From positions 1 to 42,717 of IMG/VR virus record IMGVR_UViG_3300017747_004151: 42,717 bases of DNA. One strand, given 5' to 3'. Positions 16,601 to 25,326 of the stretch are shown in pieces (within the stretch, counting starts at the first letter, position 1; every line of letters begins with the position of its first letter). A program made the position numbers and the translations under genes. This DNA comes from a virus. Its lineage: Duplodnaviria > Caudoviricetes. Below the pieces are notes generated by a model, which saw only the letters and a program-made list of their open reading frames with translations, made no database searches and was not told where the DNA came from.

Positions 16601-16907
16601 CGGTCTGCTCCGGGGGGCCTCCCTTGCCGCCGACCTCCTCCGTGGTGCTGGTCTCGATCAGCTCGCCGAGCCATATCACCGTGCCGCCGGTGCACATCGT
16701 CCCGACGATATCGGCAACAGGGGCGCCCAACTCCGCGCTGGTCGTGTTGTGATCGTTCAGCTGGGGGCCGCTGATGTTCGGGCCTTGGGTCGGGAACAGG
16801 GCCGATCCCGCCAGGCTGCCCAGCACAAACCCCAGCTGGGGGGCTCCGACAAAGAACCCGATGGCCGTCCCGACGATTGTCAGGGCGGCCTGGCCGGCGT
16901 TACTCAT
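13614..16907 (-). CDS. Large tail tip / host-specificity protein (GTA gp15-like, Phage-tail_3)
   Basis: GGKGG, RIWENGKLVYD, VPAFR, ELPKQI.L.Y, WELVQF..A, LSNLLRGRRGTE, PFSPV, W.RRGR. Confidence 0.9.
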   Translation of the reverse strand: MSNAGQAALTIVGTAIGFFVGAPQLGFVLGSLAGSALFPTQGPNISGPQLNDHNTTSAELGAPVADIVGTMCTGGTVIWLGELIETSTTEEVGGKGGPPEQTVTSFSYTQSIAIGLCRAPPGREMGGLLRIWENGKLVYDIRPQQSYESDEDFSTRLTASTTYADTFVLYLGSETQLADPTIKAAEGIGNVPAFRELMYIVYPNRALQDNQAQRHPQFKFEVYESGTADVVDTFAQSVVYPWLQGATDPRNPLNTHEYMTNTNGVWTDDFTAALTSREASATLNYIYTAAGAVGYQRYTETVTPALIAEFGPYETATINFNVGAVGIFYPTGQAPTGFLTGSNTQICSLAYGADQAINGTPVEWYNPGAVSAPDAAFWTHWDPGGSNPWQHGQYAHVGMFVTNNSPSIANPGCTTDPSYVVISGNRYGPAVVSFAGDIAIYTRRVPQPPAATGWTLAVGTFKVLQSYSEYGGNGVPFSQPVGPALRDDDALYNDQATWEAHYAQAVADGTMPSGLTYSADYPVVQNFAWQATSGTSITPNEVSIADCLERIALRAGLALTDIDVEDLRENYITGWSIQRVMTARDAIQSLIPVGFFDVVESGVLIKFPTRGRGIVATLQTDDLGAASSGGQARAAIESTMQQDVELPKQIRLHYIATSRDYEAGEQLSVTRISTDADQIVDVQAAIAMSDTKAVQAADILWSDAWAGRWTHEIAIDRSYSQLEGADCIAVPIGGRWVRCRISQITDQAALLRKLKLTEDDDGAYVSTRIAAAPDRAPNILQVYQDTELVLLDIPAPRDTDNNAGIYGAVRATGSGNAWLGALIWRSLDGTGGWSNIASATAQATMGTLSGPPGVGITTTWDTANTIQVTLQSGTLSSKTEDQILSGENLAAIGVDGRWELVQFRTATQLTSTTWELSNLLRGRRGTEHLVGTAQAAERFVLLSGSGVFHLPLDTTEIGQVRTYRAVSAGKSFASGTDQTFTGRGVALLPFSPVLLEAETVDGDIVFTWVRRGRIGRTLVSGADIPLSEETESYSIDIYAEGSPTQVVRTLTSTTQTVTYTSAQQTTDFGSPGPTSVQATVYQLSAVVGRGTPAEITT

Positions 16908-17322
16908 AGGTCACCCCGGGGATCCGCCACGCGCTGGCCGTCATCCGGACCCATGGCTCGCCGTAACGGCAGCGCACCAATCCGCCGGCCGTCTTGTAGC
17001 AATGGATCAGGTCGCCGCCGGCCAGGTACCCCACGTGTGAGACCGGCTGCTCTGGCCGCCACCGGATCGCTACAAGCGTGCCGTTGCCCGGGGCCGGGGC
17101 TTTGGCGCAGTACTTGGCCAGTGTGTCTCCTAGGGCTTCCTGCGGCCCCGGGCGGTAGTCGGCATGGTCGACGTATTCCCGCGGCCAGTGGCCGGTGTAC
17201 TGGACCAGCCAAAGGGCGAACCCGGCGCAATCCATCCCCAGCTCGGTCCTGCCCTGGTGCCGGAATGGAACGCCGACCGCCAGCAGCCGCTCCGCCTCGA
17301 GGGTCAGGTCTGCCGGGGTCAT
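16900..17322 (-). CDS. NlpC/P60 tail peptidase
   Basis: PFRHQGR..GMDCAG...HVG...LIH. Confidence 0.9.
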   Translation of the reverse strand: MTPADLTLEAERLLAVGVPFRHQGRTELGMDCAGFALWLVQYTGHWPREYVDHADYRPGPQEALGDTLAKYCAKAPAPGNGTLVAIRWRPEQPVSHVGYLAGGDLIHCYKTAGGLVRCRYGEPWVRMTASAWRIPGVTYE

Positions 17323-18227
17323 GTCGGTCCCTTGAGCAGGGCGGCCACCCCGGGGATAAAGACGCCCTTGCCCCGGAAGTTGATCAGGTTCGCGAACTTG
17401 TCCCGGCAGGTCGCCAGCGTCCGGTCGCAGCCGGGCTCGAGCGCAAAGGTATCGCCGACCTCGGGCTCCTCGGGAAGAGGGTCCCAGAGGGTAATGATCC
17501 CCTGCGTGCCGCCGGTGCTGTCCAGCTTGACCTCGCGCTCGAGCGCCAGGCCGGCGTTTATCCCGGTCAGCGGCCGCAGAATGCCACCGTCGAAGTACCC
17601 GGCCGGCTGAGTCGTGATGCCCGAAACCGTGAACTGCTTCCGGCTGACAACAGCGGTGATAGTGGCGGTGATGGTGACGCCGGCCACGGCGAATCCGCAG
17701 CGGGTGTCGCCCAGCCTGCGGACGTCGCAGCTTTCCCCGTACGTCTGCGTGATGTTCTGGCTGAAAACCTGAACGAGGCCCCGCAGCTCCGTCTTGTATC
17801 CGCCGTCCGAGTTCGGCTGGATCTCGCCCAAGTATCCCCGGCGGAGGATCCCGACGCCCATGCCTGGCGATTCCCAGTTCACCAGGAAGGCCGTCACCGG
17901 CGCCCGGTTCAACACCCCGGCCGTGATGTCGGCAAGTGTGACGTCCGCCACGATCTGGTTTGCGGGGGCGATCGCGCCTTGGATCTCCATGTTGTCCACG
18001 GAGAGGTCGGTGGTCGACGTGATGTCCGACGCGGTGATGTTGGCGAGGGCGTGGTAAGTCCCGCCCAGGCCGAGGCTCGGGCTCCCGCTTTCCGGGACCT
18101 CGATGTCTTGGTCATGCTCGGTGGCGCGGATCACCGTGCCGTCGCGCTTCTCGACCAGCCAGCAGATGGCCGTCTTCGCCTGCTCGCCGCGCAGGTACGC
18201 CAGCAGCGCCGGGGGCCAATCCCTCAT
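17319..18227 (-). CDS. DUF2163 baseplate hub protein
   Basis: Start ATG 18227 (ATGA overlap). CW...RDG, LSVDNMEI.G, VNWE, C...LGD.RC, GCDRT..TC..KF.N..NFRG. Confidence 0.9.
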   Translation of the reverse strand: MRDWPPALLAYLRGEQAKTAICWLVEKRDGTVIRATEHDQDIEVPESGSPSLGLGGTYHALANITASDITSTTDLSVDNMEIQGAIAPANQIVADVTLADITAGVLNRAPVTAFLVNWESPGMGVGILRRGYLGEIQPNSDGGYKTELRGLVQVFSQNITQTYGESCDVRRLGDTRCGFAVAGVTITATITAVVSRKQFTVSGITTQPAGYFDGGILRPLTGINAGLALEREVKLDSTGGTQGIITLWDPLPEEPEVGDTFALEPGCDRTLATCRDKFANLINFRGKGVFIPGVAALLKGPT

Positions 18228-18862
18228 GTCTCTGGCCTCAGCTCGCGCAGCGTCACGGTCACGCTCTGCACCTTGTGGCTGACGATCTCGAATTGCGGAT
18301 CCGTGTCGAACCGCACCGGCACGTAGAACTCGCCGCCCCACGTCGTCGGCGTGCCGCTGAATCCGCCCGTCGTCGTCAGGTACCCGGTGTCCTCCTCGAT
18401 GGTCCACGTGCTCGAGGCTTGCTCGACGCCCGATTCGTTGGCGATCCGGATCGTGTCGCCCTTCGGCAGGATGTTCGTGCGGACGGTGGCGAACAGGCCC
18501 TCGACGTATTGCTTACTCAGCTTGTAGGCGCCGGGGCTGCCGGTCAGTGCTTGGATCGGCTGGTCGGTCGGGCCTGGCGTCGCGTCCAGTGCGCAGCTCT
18601 TGTAGTCGACCCAATCCTTGAACCTGAACCGCACGAACTCGCCGGTCAGCGCATGCCAGAACCGCAGCACCGACTCGATGTCCGCCTGCGGCTTCTTGCC
18701 GATCGGCACGCCCTCGTAGTAGTGCAGGGGCTCGCGCCACTTCAGGTCGCGCCGCTCGAACCCGCCCTCCCGCTCGATTTTCTTGACGAGGTACTGGGCG
18801 CGGCTGGTGAACCCGAACGTCGGGCATCCCGGGAACAGGGGCAGGGTGCTCGGGGTGATCAT
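18224..18862 (-). CDS. DUF2460 distal tail protein
   Basis: GG.ERR...W, FRFKDWVDYKS, GGEFYVPVRFDTD. Confidence 0.9.
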   Translation of the reverse strand: MITPSTLPLFPGCPTFGFTSRAQYLVKKIEREGGFERRDLKWREPLHYYEGVPIGKKPQADIESVLRFWHALTGEFVRFRFKDWVDYKSCALDATPGPTDQPIQALTGSPGAYKLSKQYVEGLFATVRTNILPKGDTIRIANESGVEQASSTWTIEEDTGYLTTTGGFSGTPTTWGGEFYVPVRFDTDPQFEIVSHKVQSVTVTLRELRPET

Positions 18863-20697
18863 CAGTTGTTTCTCCGGCTGGCGACGCCCATCGCGCGCGC
18901 GACGGTGGCCCCCAGCGCCATCCGGGTCGGTCTGCTCACCTCGCCGCCCTCGGCTTTCACGTTCAGGTTGATGACGGTGCTGCCTCCCTGCGGCCGAGGC
19001 TCAATGCGTCCGCTGGTCGGAGGCACGAACATTTCCGGGCGTCGCTCGCCGACCATGTACGCCTGGCCGGCGGTCACCGCGCCGCCCATGGCCCGGCCGC
19101 CGCCGAAGAATGCGCTGGCAATAGAGCTCAAGACGCCGCCGGTGCTGCCGCCGCTCGCCGTGTCGCCGAACAGGTAGGTCGCCAGCTTGGCGGCCTGCGC
19201 CTGGATAATCAGGTCCATGATCATGTCGCTGAACCGTTTCGGGATCTCATCAAAGCTCCCGGTGAAGGCATCGCGGATGCTTTCGGCAATCACGGACTGG
19301 GTCTCCCTGGCCGCTTGGATCTCGAATTCGTTCATTTTCTCGACCTCGGCTTCCACGAGGATCCGCTTTTTCTGGATCTCTTGGATGTCGAAGGCCGGGA
19401 GCAGTTCGTCGAGTCGCTCTTGGATGCGCGCCTGGCCTTGCCCGGCCGTGATGATCCCCTCACGCTCGAGGGCCTGCACCGCGGCGGTGATCTTGTTGAT
19501 CTCATCGACGGTCTGTTCCGCGCTGGTCTTCGTGCTGTCATTCAGCTGATCGAAGAAGTCCGCGAGGGGATCGCTCTGGATCCGCTGGGCGGTGACGTCA
19601 AATTCCTGCAGGGACGACGTCAGCTTGTCGACCTCGATCGATGCCTCTCCCGCGCCCTCCCCGACCGCCGCCGGGGCCCGGTTGCGCCGGCCGCCGCGCC
19701 GCGGTCCGCCTCCCCGGCTTCCAGAGTTCATGGCGACCTCGGCTTGGTCGTCCGTGCCGTACAGCAGCATGGCATTCTTGGCCTCAATCGAGAGGCCCTT
19801 GTCCATGGCGGCCGGCAGAGACGCCAGCGCGTTCACCGCCTTTGCGGCGCCGGTCACGATCACGTCGAAGAGGGAGGTAAATCCCGACACCAGGCTGCCG
19901 ATCGCCTTCTTGGTCTCGGGGTCCTGCAGCGCCTTGGTCAGGCCGTTGATGGCCTCAGTTGCCTTGTCGGCGCTGGGCCCGGAGAGTTCGAACAGCTCCC
20001 CGAAGGAATTCTTAAGGCCCGCGATCGCGCCGCCAAAGGTGTTCCGGGCGGCCTCGGCTGCTCCGCCGTAGCGGTCCTCGAGGCCCTTCAGGAGTACGCC
20101 CTGCGCTTCCGTCGCGCGCCCGGTGTCCGCCAGGCTCTTGATCAGGGCTTTCTGTTCCGTGGTCAGCACCACGCCGGCCCGGCTCAGCGCCGTCATGCCT
20201 TTCACCGGGTCTGCGAGCGCCCGGCCCACCAGCTTGGTCGCGGCCGGCAGGTCGGTGCCGAGGGCCGTGGCAAGGTCAAGAATCACGGACTGGGCGCGGC
20301 GGTTCTCGTTGCCGCCGATCTGCCGGAACCGCAGCAGCAGCGACTGCATCTCCATCACGGCTTCGTCGCTGTAGGTCGTCAGGTTCTGCAGTCGTGCCGC
20401 CATCGCGGCAAACTCGGGAACGGTGGCGCCGGCCGCGCCAGCGTTGCGCTCGATGGCGTTCGCAAGTTTGGCGGTGGCGGCCTCTGCCTGGCTGGTCTCG
20501 CTGACGATCTTGCCGATCGTGGCGCCGACGCCGAGGCCCGCGAGGAGGCCCTTGAATCCGGAGGAAAGGCGGCGTCCTACTTTCCGGACGTCGGTATCGA
20601 AGGCCGCGAGTTTACGGTTTGCCTTTGTCAGCTCGCTTTGAAACTGGCCGCTTTGCAGCTCCAGCCTTGCGACCAGTTTTGCGAGGTCTGTTGCCAT
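18862..20697 (-). CDS. Tail tape measure protein
   Basis: Ala-rich helical; GRALADPVKGMTALSRAG; C-terminal RAMGGAV..G..YMVGE..PE.FVP...G.I. Confidence 0.92.
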   Translation of the reverse strand: MATDLAKLVARLELQSGQFQSELTKANRKLAAFDTDVRKVGRRLSSGFKGLLAGLGVGATIGKIVSETSQAEAATAKLANAIERNAGAAGATVPEFAAMAARLQNLTTYSDEAVMEMQSLLLRFRQIGGNENRRAQSVILDLATALGTDLPAATKLVGRALADPVKGMTALSRAGVVLTTEQKALIKSLADTGRATEAQGVLLKGLEDRYGGAAEAARNTFGGAIAGLKNSFGELFELSGPSADKATEAINGLTKALQDPETKKAIGSLVSGFTSLFDVIVTGAAKAVNALASLPAAMDKGLSIEAKNAMLLYGTDDQAEVAMNSGSRGGGPRRGGRRNRAPAAVGEGAGEASIEVDKLTSSLQEFDVTAQRIQSDPLADFFDQLNDSTKTSAEQTVDEINKITAAVQALEREGIITAGQGQARIQERLDELLPAFDIQEIQKKRILVEAEVEKMNEFEIQAARETQSVIAESIRDAFTGSFDEIPKRFSDMIMDLIIQAQAAKLATYLFGDTASGGSTGGVLSSIASAFFGGGRAMGGAVTAGQAYMVGERRPEMFVPPTSGRIEPRPQGGSTVINLNVKAEGGEVSRPTRMALGATVARAMGVASRRNN

Positions 20698-21010
20698 CTG
20701 CCTTGCCTCTGGTCGCCATGGCCTTCAAGGCCTGAATGAACGAGGTATTTCGCGACTGCCGGCGGTGCTCTGCTGACCTGATCATGAATTGCTGCAGGTC
20801 AATCTTCGCGCCCTTTTTCACCCATGGACGCAGCACCGCCTGCGCAATAATAGCCGCGTGCAGGTTGTCCCGGATAGGGCCGAACGGGAATTCACCGGCG
20901 TAGTCGGCGAAGTCGAGATAATCCGACGCGGGCATTGCGCGGATCTCATGCGGGAACTTGCCGAGGGCCAGCGCCAGGTCGAAGACGAAAACCTTCGACG
21001 GTGCTAGTCT
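20612..21010 (-). CDS. Tail assembly chaperone T segment (-1 frame of GT fusion)
   Basis: -1 frame after A-AAA-AAA reads RLAPSKVFVFDLALALGKFPHEIRAMPASDY...FPFGPIRDN. Confidence 0.8.
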   Translation of the reverse strand, partial: RLAPSKVFVFDLALALGKFPHEIRAMPASDYLDFADYAGEFPFGPIRDNLHAAIIAQAVLRPWVKKGAKIDLQQFMIRSAEHRRQSRNTSFIQALKAMATRGKADGNRPRKTGRKAGAAKRPVSKRADKGKP

Positions 21011-21387
21011 TTTTTTTCGCGGGGTTCGTCCTCGGGCTCGGTCTCCGGTTCAGGCTCCGGCTCGGGTTGCTCCTCATCGAGCAGCCCGGCCAGCTGCATG
21101 GCGGTCCGCGTCAGCGGCGTCACGGCACGGGCCGATCCCTGCATGAGCACAAGGGCCTGGTCGACGGTCAGCGCCAGCTGCTCTGTTTCCGGATCCCAGA
21201 CGGTCATCGAGAGGAGCAGGGCGGCGGCCTCGTATCCCTTGCCGCCCGTCTTGCCGCGCAGCGCTCCCTGGTAGCGCAGTAGCTCCTCGGTCGTCATTTC
21301 CTTGACGAGGTACTTGGTTCCCTCGATGACGACGTTCTGGCTGCGGAGGCGCCCGGCCTTCTGCAGCTTGGCGAACAGATCAGACAT
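21004..21387 (-). CDS. Tail assembly chaperone G
   Basis: Between tube and TMP; ends GAA AAA AAA GAC TAG (slippery A8 at 21010-21017). Confidence 0.85.
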   Translation of the reverse strand: MSDLFAKLQKAGRLRSQNVVIEGTKYLVKEMTTEELLRYQGALRGKTGGKGYEAAALLLSMTVWDPETEQLALTVDQALVLMQGSARAVTPLTRTAMQLAGLLDEEQPEPEPEPETEPEDEPREKKD

Positions 21388-21811
21388 CCGTGAGCACCAC
21401 TTCGCCGGTGATCTTGCCGCCGAAGCTCATCGTGTTGCGCTCGGTGAAGCTCGGGGAGAGGGCCCAGCTCAGGGCGACCGCAAAGAAGTTCATCAGCAGG
21501 AGGGACGGGCTGTCCTCCTCGACAACGATCCGGAACTCGAGGGTGGCCTTGTCTTTCACCGCTTGGATCAGCGTCCGGATCTTGGACGTCGGGTCCTGCT
21601 TGAACTTCAGCTGCCACGTGAATTCCTGCCCATCCGCCAGGCCGGCGATGTACTCGCGCGTGCCGTCGCTGCAGAAGTCCGTGTCTTCGATGAGTTCGTT
21701 CGCCTCGCCCACTTCGCCGAGGTCGGTCACCTCGCAGATGCGGGTAAAGGCAGAGGGCGATCCCTCACCGATTTCGAGATAAATCTTGCCGACGAAACCG
21801 CGCACGCTCAT
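21380..21811 (-). CDS. Major tail tube protein
   Basis: I.EV.D.G..G....IE.TD..S...EYIAGL.DG; synteny. Confidence 0.88.
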   Translation of the reverse strand: MSVRGFVGKIYLEIGEGSPSAFTRICEVTDLGEVGEANELIEDTDFCSDGTREYIAGLADGQEFTWQLKFKQDPTSKIRTLIQAVKDKATLEFRIVVEEDSPSLLLMNFFAVALSWALSPSFTERNTMSFGGKITGEVVLTDV

Positions 21812-21814
21812 GGC

Positions 21815-22234
21815 TTACTCCTCATTCCAGATTCGATACGTCTGTGATCGACGGTAGAGCCCGGGTTCCGGGTCCAGCAGGGGGATGTCGTTATCGATCG
21901 AGATCCGGTCGACCGGCACCTCGCCGACCAGGGTTCCGGAGTAGTCGAGCAGGACATCGCGAACCGCCCGGCCGATCCGATTGGCCTCATCGCGGTCCCT
22001 AGCATAGCTGTCAATTTGGATACTTGCATCCACCAGCGGGTCGGTGCCGCAGAAATCCTGCGCGAACCCGGTGCCGGCCCGGGTGATGACCACGCACCCC
22101 AGCTTGGTCGATTCTCCGTAGGCGTGCTGCGGGATCACGTGGTGGTAGATCCGCATGGCCGCGCCGACGCCGAGCAGCGGCTCGAGGCTGGTCTGGATCC
22201 GGAGGTGCTCGTACAGGGCGTCTTCAAGTTCCAT
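21815..22234 (-). CDS. Tail terminator (DUF3168-like)
   Basis: RIY...PQ, IQIDSYA, LYRRSQTY; synteny. Confidence 0.82.
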   Translation of the reverse strand: MELEDALYEHLRIQTSLEPLLGVGAAMRIYHHVIPQHAYGESTKLGCVVITRAGTGFAQDFCGTDPLVDASIQIDSYARDRDEANRIGRAVRDVLLDYSGTLVGEVPVDRISIDNDIPLLDPEPGLYRRSQTYRIWNEE

Positions 22235-22236
22235 GT

Positions 22237-22668
22237 CTACGCCTTGCTCTTGACCCGGTTGATGCGCTTGCGCAGCTGCGCGGTCACGATCGACAGCGCC
22301 TGGCTCTGGGTCGCCTGGAAGGCCGGCACCAGTGTTGGGTTGGCTGGCATTTTCGACGTGCCCAGCTCCACGAATTGGACGATGTAGAACGCCTCGCGGC
22401 GCACCCCGATGATCGCCTCCGCGCTCCCGGTCCGCTTGTTGATCGTGGTCACGATCCGGATGCTCCGGCTGGCGAACCCGCCGCCGACCAGGCGCCCGCG
22501 GAAGGTGTAGTGCGGCAGGGGGTGCTTGGGCATGCGCGCGCGCCAGGCGGCCTCGACCGGCTTCATGGCTGCTCTGGCCGTGCCCTTCAGCTCCCGGGCG
22601 GCCACCTTGGCGCCGAGGGCCAGCAGCTGCTTCGTCAGCTCCCGGGTGCCCTGCAGCTCGAGGCTCAT
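22237..22668 (-). CDS. HK97 gp10-family tail completion protein
   Basis: Start ATG 22668; FY..FVELGTSKMPANP.L.PAF. Confidence 0.9.
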   Translation of the reverse strand: MSLELQGTRELTKQLLALGAKVAARELKGTARAAMKPVEAAWRARMPKHPLPHYTFRGRLVGGGFASRSIRIVTTINKRTGSAEAIIGVRREAFYIVQFVELGTSKMPANPTLVPAFQATQSQALSIVTAQLRKRINRVKSKA

Positions 22669-23045
22669 TGCGTGGTACCCAGGCTCCGGAATCCCTCGGC
22701 TCCGCGCTTCACGCAGTAGAGGTGGACTTCCTGCTTCCGGGCGTCTGCCGGCCGGACCGCGATGATGTCGAAGTACTCCCACTCCGTCGGGCTGCCCGAA
22801 ACCATCCGGTGCCGGATCCGCATTTTCTCCGTGATGCCCTCGCGCCAGCGCACGCGCACCCGGCAGTCGATCTCTTGCTGGATCTGGGCGCCGACCAGGC
22901 CCTCCCGCCAGCTGCCCTCGTACTCGATGCTGGCCGCGATCTCGAGCAGCCACGGCTCGTAGTCCTCGGCAATGGTTCCGCCGAGGCGCCGGGTCTCCAC
23001 CTTGCGCTCGAGGTCCACGCGCTGGCGAAGGGGGCCGGCTCTCAC
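22665..23045 (-). CDS. Head closure / head-tail adaptor (SPP1 gp16-like)
   Basis: Start GTG 23045; RAGPLRQRV, VRWREGI..KMRI, FDIIAV. Confidence 0.88.
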   Translation of the reverse strand: MRAGPLRQRVDLERKVETRRLGGTIAEDYEPWLLEIAASIEYEGSWREGLVGAQIQQEIDCRVRVRWREGITEKMRIRHRMVSGSPTEWEYFDIIAVRPADARKQEVHLYCVKRGAEGFRSLGTTQ

Positions 23046-23224
23046 AGGGGTTCCGCCGGGGCCTGGCGCCGCTCCGCCTTCCTCTGCCTCTTGTCCAGCT
23101 TGGCGGCGATCCGCCTCGTATGCCGGTGGCGGTCGACCGCCCGAAGCACCGAGTCGGCCACGCGCAGAATCGTAGGGCCGAGGGTTCCCCGGATCGCGCC
23201 GCACACCTTGCAGGGCTTTTTCAC
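23042..23224 (-). CDS. Small basic protein
   Basis: GGAGG RBS; GTGA overlaps at both ends; CKVC. Confidence 0.55.
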   Translation of the reverse strand: MKKPCKVCGAIRGTLGPTILRVADSVLRAVDRHRHTRRIAAKLDKRQRKAERRQAPAEPL

Positions 23225-23832
23225 GGGTACCTCCGGAGGTGGTCGATCGCGCGCTCGAATCCAAAGGTGTCATGGCTCTGACTCGGGCCGATCAGCTGAT
23301 CCTCGCGCTGGTTATACCGGCTGGCGACCCGGCTCAGGATGGCTTCCTTGATGGCCTGCGGAACGCCGTCAGCGCCGTAGGGGCTCCCGGTCGACGGGTA
23401 CCCGGCGGTGTACACGATCTCGATCGCCCGTTGCCGGACTTGGGTGGTGGGCCACTCGCCGTCGATCGGCACCCCGATCCGCTGGGGGTCGTCATCGAGG
23501 TTTACCTGGTACCCGACGTCCTCGGTCAGCTCTTGCTGGACGCCGTCGGTGTCGTAGTACTTGACCGAGGCAATCGAAAGCACCGGGCCCATGGGCAGCT
23601 CGATGTCCTCGCACGGGAACGCGTCAAGCGTCAGGCGCCAGGTCTGCTCGCAGATCGACGCCTTCAGGTATGCCTCTGCCAGCTCCCGCGCGCCCTTGAT
23701 GAACCCCTCGATGCGGGTGTCCTGATCGGTGATGTCGGCGTCGATCAGGCATTGCTGCTTTGCCTCCTCGAGCGTTACCGGCTCGACGAGGGGTTCAGCA
23801 ATCCTGCGAAGCGCCCAGCCAGATGTCGTCAT
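23221..23832 (-). CDS. Head-tail connector (HK97 gp6-like)
   Basis: EPVTLEEAK, QTWRLTLDAFP, YTAGY...VPQAIKEAIL..VA..Y..RE. Confidence 0.92.
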   Translation of the reverse strand: MTTSGWALRRIAEPLVEPVTLEEAKQQCLIDADITDQDTRIEGFIKGARELAEAYLKASICEQTWRLTLDAFPCEDIELPMGPVLSIASVKYYDTDGVQQELTEDVGYQVNLDDDPQRIGVPIDGEWPTTQVRQRAIEIVYTAGYPSTGSPYGADGVPQAIKEAILSRVASRYNQREDQLIGPSQSHDTFGFERAIDHLRRYP

Positions 23833-24583
23833 GGGGTTGCCTTTTCCAGTCGGGGAACCACGGGCCGCCTAGCGTGAAGTGTGCCAGTTTTGGGGCCGCA
23901 GGTCTCGGCTCCACGTTGACCAGCCAGTTCCACTCGCCCGGCAGGGCGCCGATGTCGTGGTCGTCGAGCCAGCAGAACGCGTGCAGGTCCCGGCCTGGCC
24001 GCCCGTTGATCATGTCCAAATTGAGGCCGAGGTTTTTCGGGTGGTCGCAGTTGAAGAGCATCACACTGGACCAATTCTTGCGCAGGTAGGCAACTTGGGG
24101 CTGGCCGTCCATTTTGACGGCGTGCCCGGCCGGCCAGTTGACTTCGTGCTGGACGCACATCACGGCTTTGTCGTCGTCTGCCAGCGCGAACAATTCGGCG
24201 ACGTCCGCCAGCGCCACCATGTCGGCGTCCATGAATAGCGCCCAGCCTGACTGCGCCAGTATCGGCGTAAGGAACCGGCTGATGGCGAACTCCGTGGACA
24301 TCGGGGCGTCGCTGATCGTGTCCCAGAGGCTGCCTGGCGCGACGCCTGGCCGCCTCGGGCGGCGCATCAGGCCGGCCAGTTCCAGTTTGGGCAGGACGAG
24401 GGGGGTGATGTCCAGCGGCCTGGTCGTGTGGCGGCGCAGCGATCGCACGGCCACCTTGTAGGCTTCCAGCTCCCGGCTGTCCCATCCCATGAAAATCCGC
24501 AGGGGCTCTGCCTTGCTTATAGCCTCCCGGATGCCCGGGGTGTCTACGTTCACTTCGACCTTGATCTGTGCTTGCTCTGCCAT
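23795..24583 (-). CDS. Glycosyltransferase, GT-A fold (GT8-like)
   Basis: IFMGWDSRE, STEF..SRFL.P, DAD (DxD), KNWSSVMLFNC, WNWLV, HFTLGGPW. Confidence 0.85.
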   Translation of the reverse strand: MAEQAQIKVEVNVDTPGIREAISKAEPLRIFMGWDSRELEAYKVAVRSLRRHTTRPLDITPLVLPKLELAGLMRRPRRPGVAPGSLWDTISDAPMSTEFAISRFLTPILAQSGWALFMDADMVALADVAELFALADDDKAVMCVQHEVNWPAGHAVKMDGQPQVAYLRKNWSSVMLFNCDHPKNLGLNLDMINGRPGRDLHAFCWLDDHDIGALPGEWNWLVNVEPRPAAPKLAHFTLGGPWFPDWKRQPHDDIWLGASQDC

Positions 24584-24591
24584 GGTTACCC

Positions 24592-25326
24592 CTAGATTCC
24601 CTTTCTTTTGCCCTTCAGGTGGTCACTGAACGCCCGCAGGGGGCTTTGTTGCCAAACGTGCCCGCTACCCCCGGGGGTGAGGTCATGGCCCCGGGTGGCG
24701 GTCCTCCGCCTGGCCTCGTCGAAGCAGTAGGCCGAGTGCCACTCTTTCAGCGCGAAGACCTCATCGCTCTCGTACAGCCGGCTGAAGGCTAGCAGCATCC
24801 GCAGGGCGGCCGGTATCCGGTAAATCTGGAACCCGATCTCAGAGTGTTTCTCCCCCCGGCCCAGGTAGGCGACGTCAGCGCCGGCCGGCAGCAGGCCCTG
24901 CAATGTTCCACGTGGAACGTCCCGGGTGAAGACCACATCGCCGTCAAACCACGCCAGCATCTGGTCGTCGCCGCCGAGGCTCAGCGCCGCGTGCAGGGGG
25001 ATGAATCCCTGCCGGCTGAACTTCCGGGCGTCAAACCGGAAGTTGTACCCGGCCTCCCTGGCGCTCGGCTTCCAGTTCGGCTGGACCTCCCGGCCCCGGC
25101 CCCGGGGATTATCGTGGCGCATCAGGAATTCCACGCACCCCGGGATGGCGTCCAGCCGGCGGAACTCTCCCCGCGGCAGCTTGACCGGCTCCTCCCCGTA
25201 GACGATCAGGTCGACGTCCGGGCTCACGTGCCGGTGGAAGGTCTCCGCGAACCGCCGGCCGTACTGCACGTAGCCTTCCGGGTTCCACCCGGTGATCACT
25301 GTCAGTTTCGGTGTCTTGGTCAGCAT
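24592..25326 (-). CDS. Putative glycosyltransferase, GT-A fold
   Basis: FDARKF, WFDGDV (DxD), YLGR..HSEIGF, EWH...FD, DHLKG.RK. Confidence 0.75.
   Translation of the reverse strand: MLTKTPKLTVITGWNPEGYVQYGRRFAETFHRHVSPDVDLIVYGEEPVKLPRGEFRRLDAIPGCVEFLMRHDNPRGRGREVQPNWKPSAREAGYNFRFDARKFSRQGFIPLHAALSLGGDDQMLAWFDGDVVFTRDVPRGTLQGLLPAGADVAYLGRGEKHSEIGFQIYRIPAALRMLLAFSRLYESDEVFALKEWHSAYCFDEARRRTATRGHDLTPGGSGHVWQQSPLRAFSDHLKGKRKGI

Noticed and set aside
15720-18326. 868-aa plus-strand ORF and other long antisense ORFs (19315-20739, 32623-34482, 39318-40823, 41399-42634)
   Set aside because: Shadows of high-GC3 minus-strand genes with clear family motifs; Arg/Gly/Ala-rich with no motifs of their own.
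21004-21020. A8 run as a pseudogenising error or a novelty
   Set aside because: Canonical G/GT -1 frameshift of siphophage tail chaperones.
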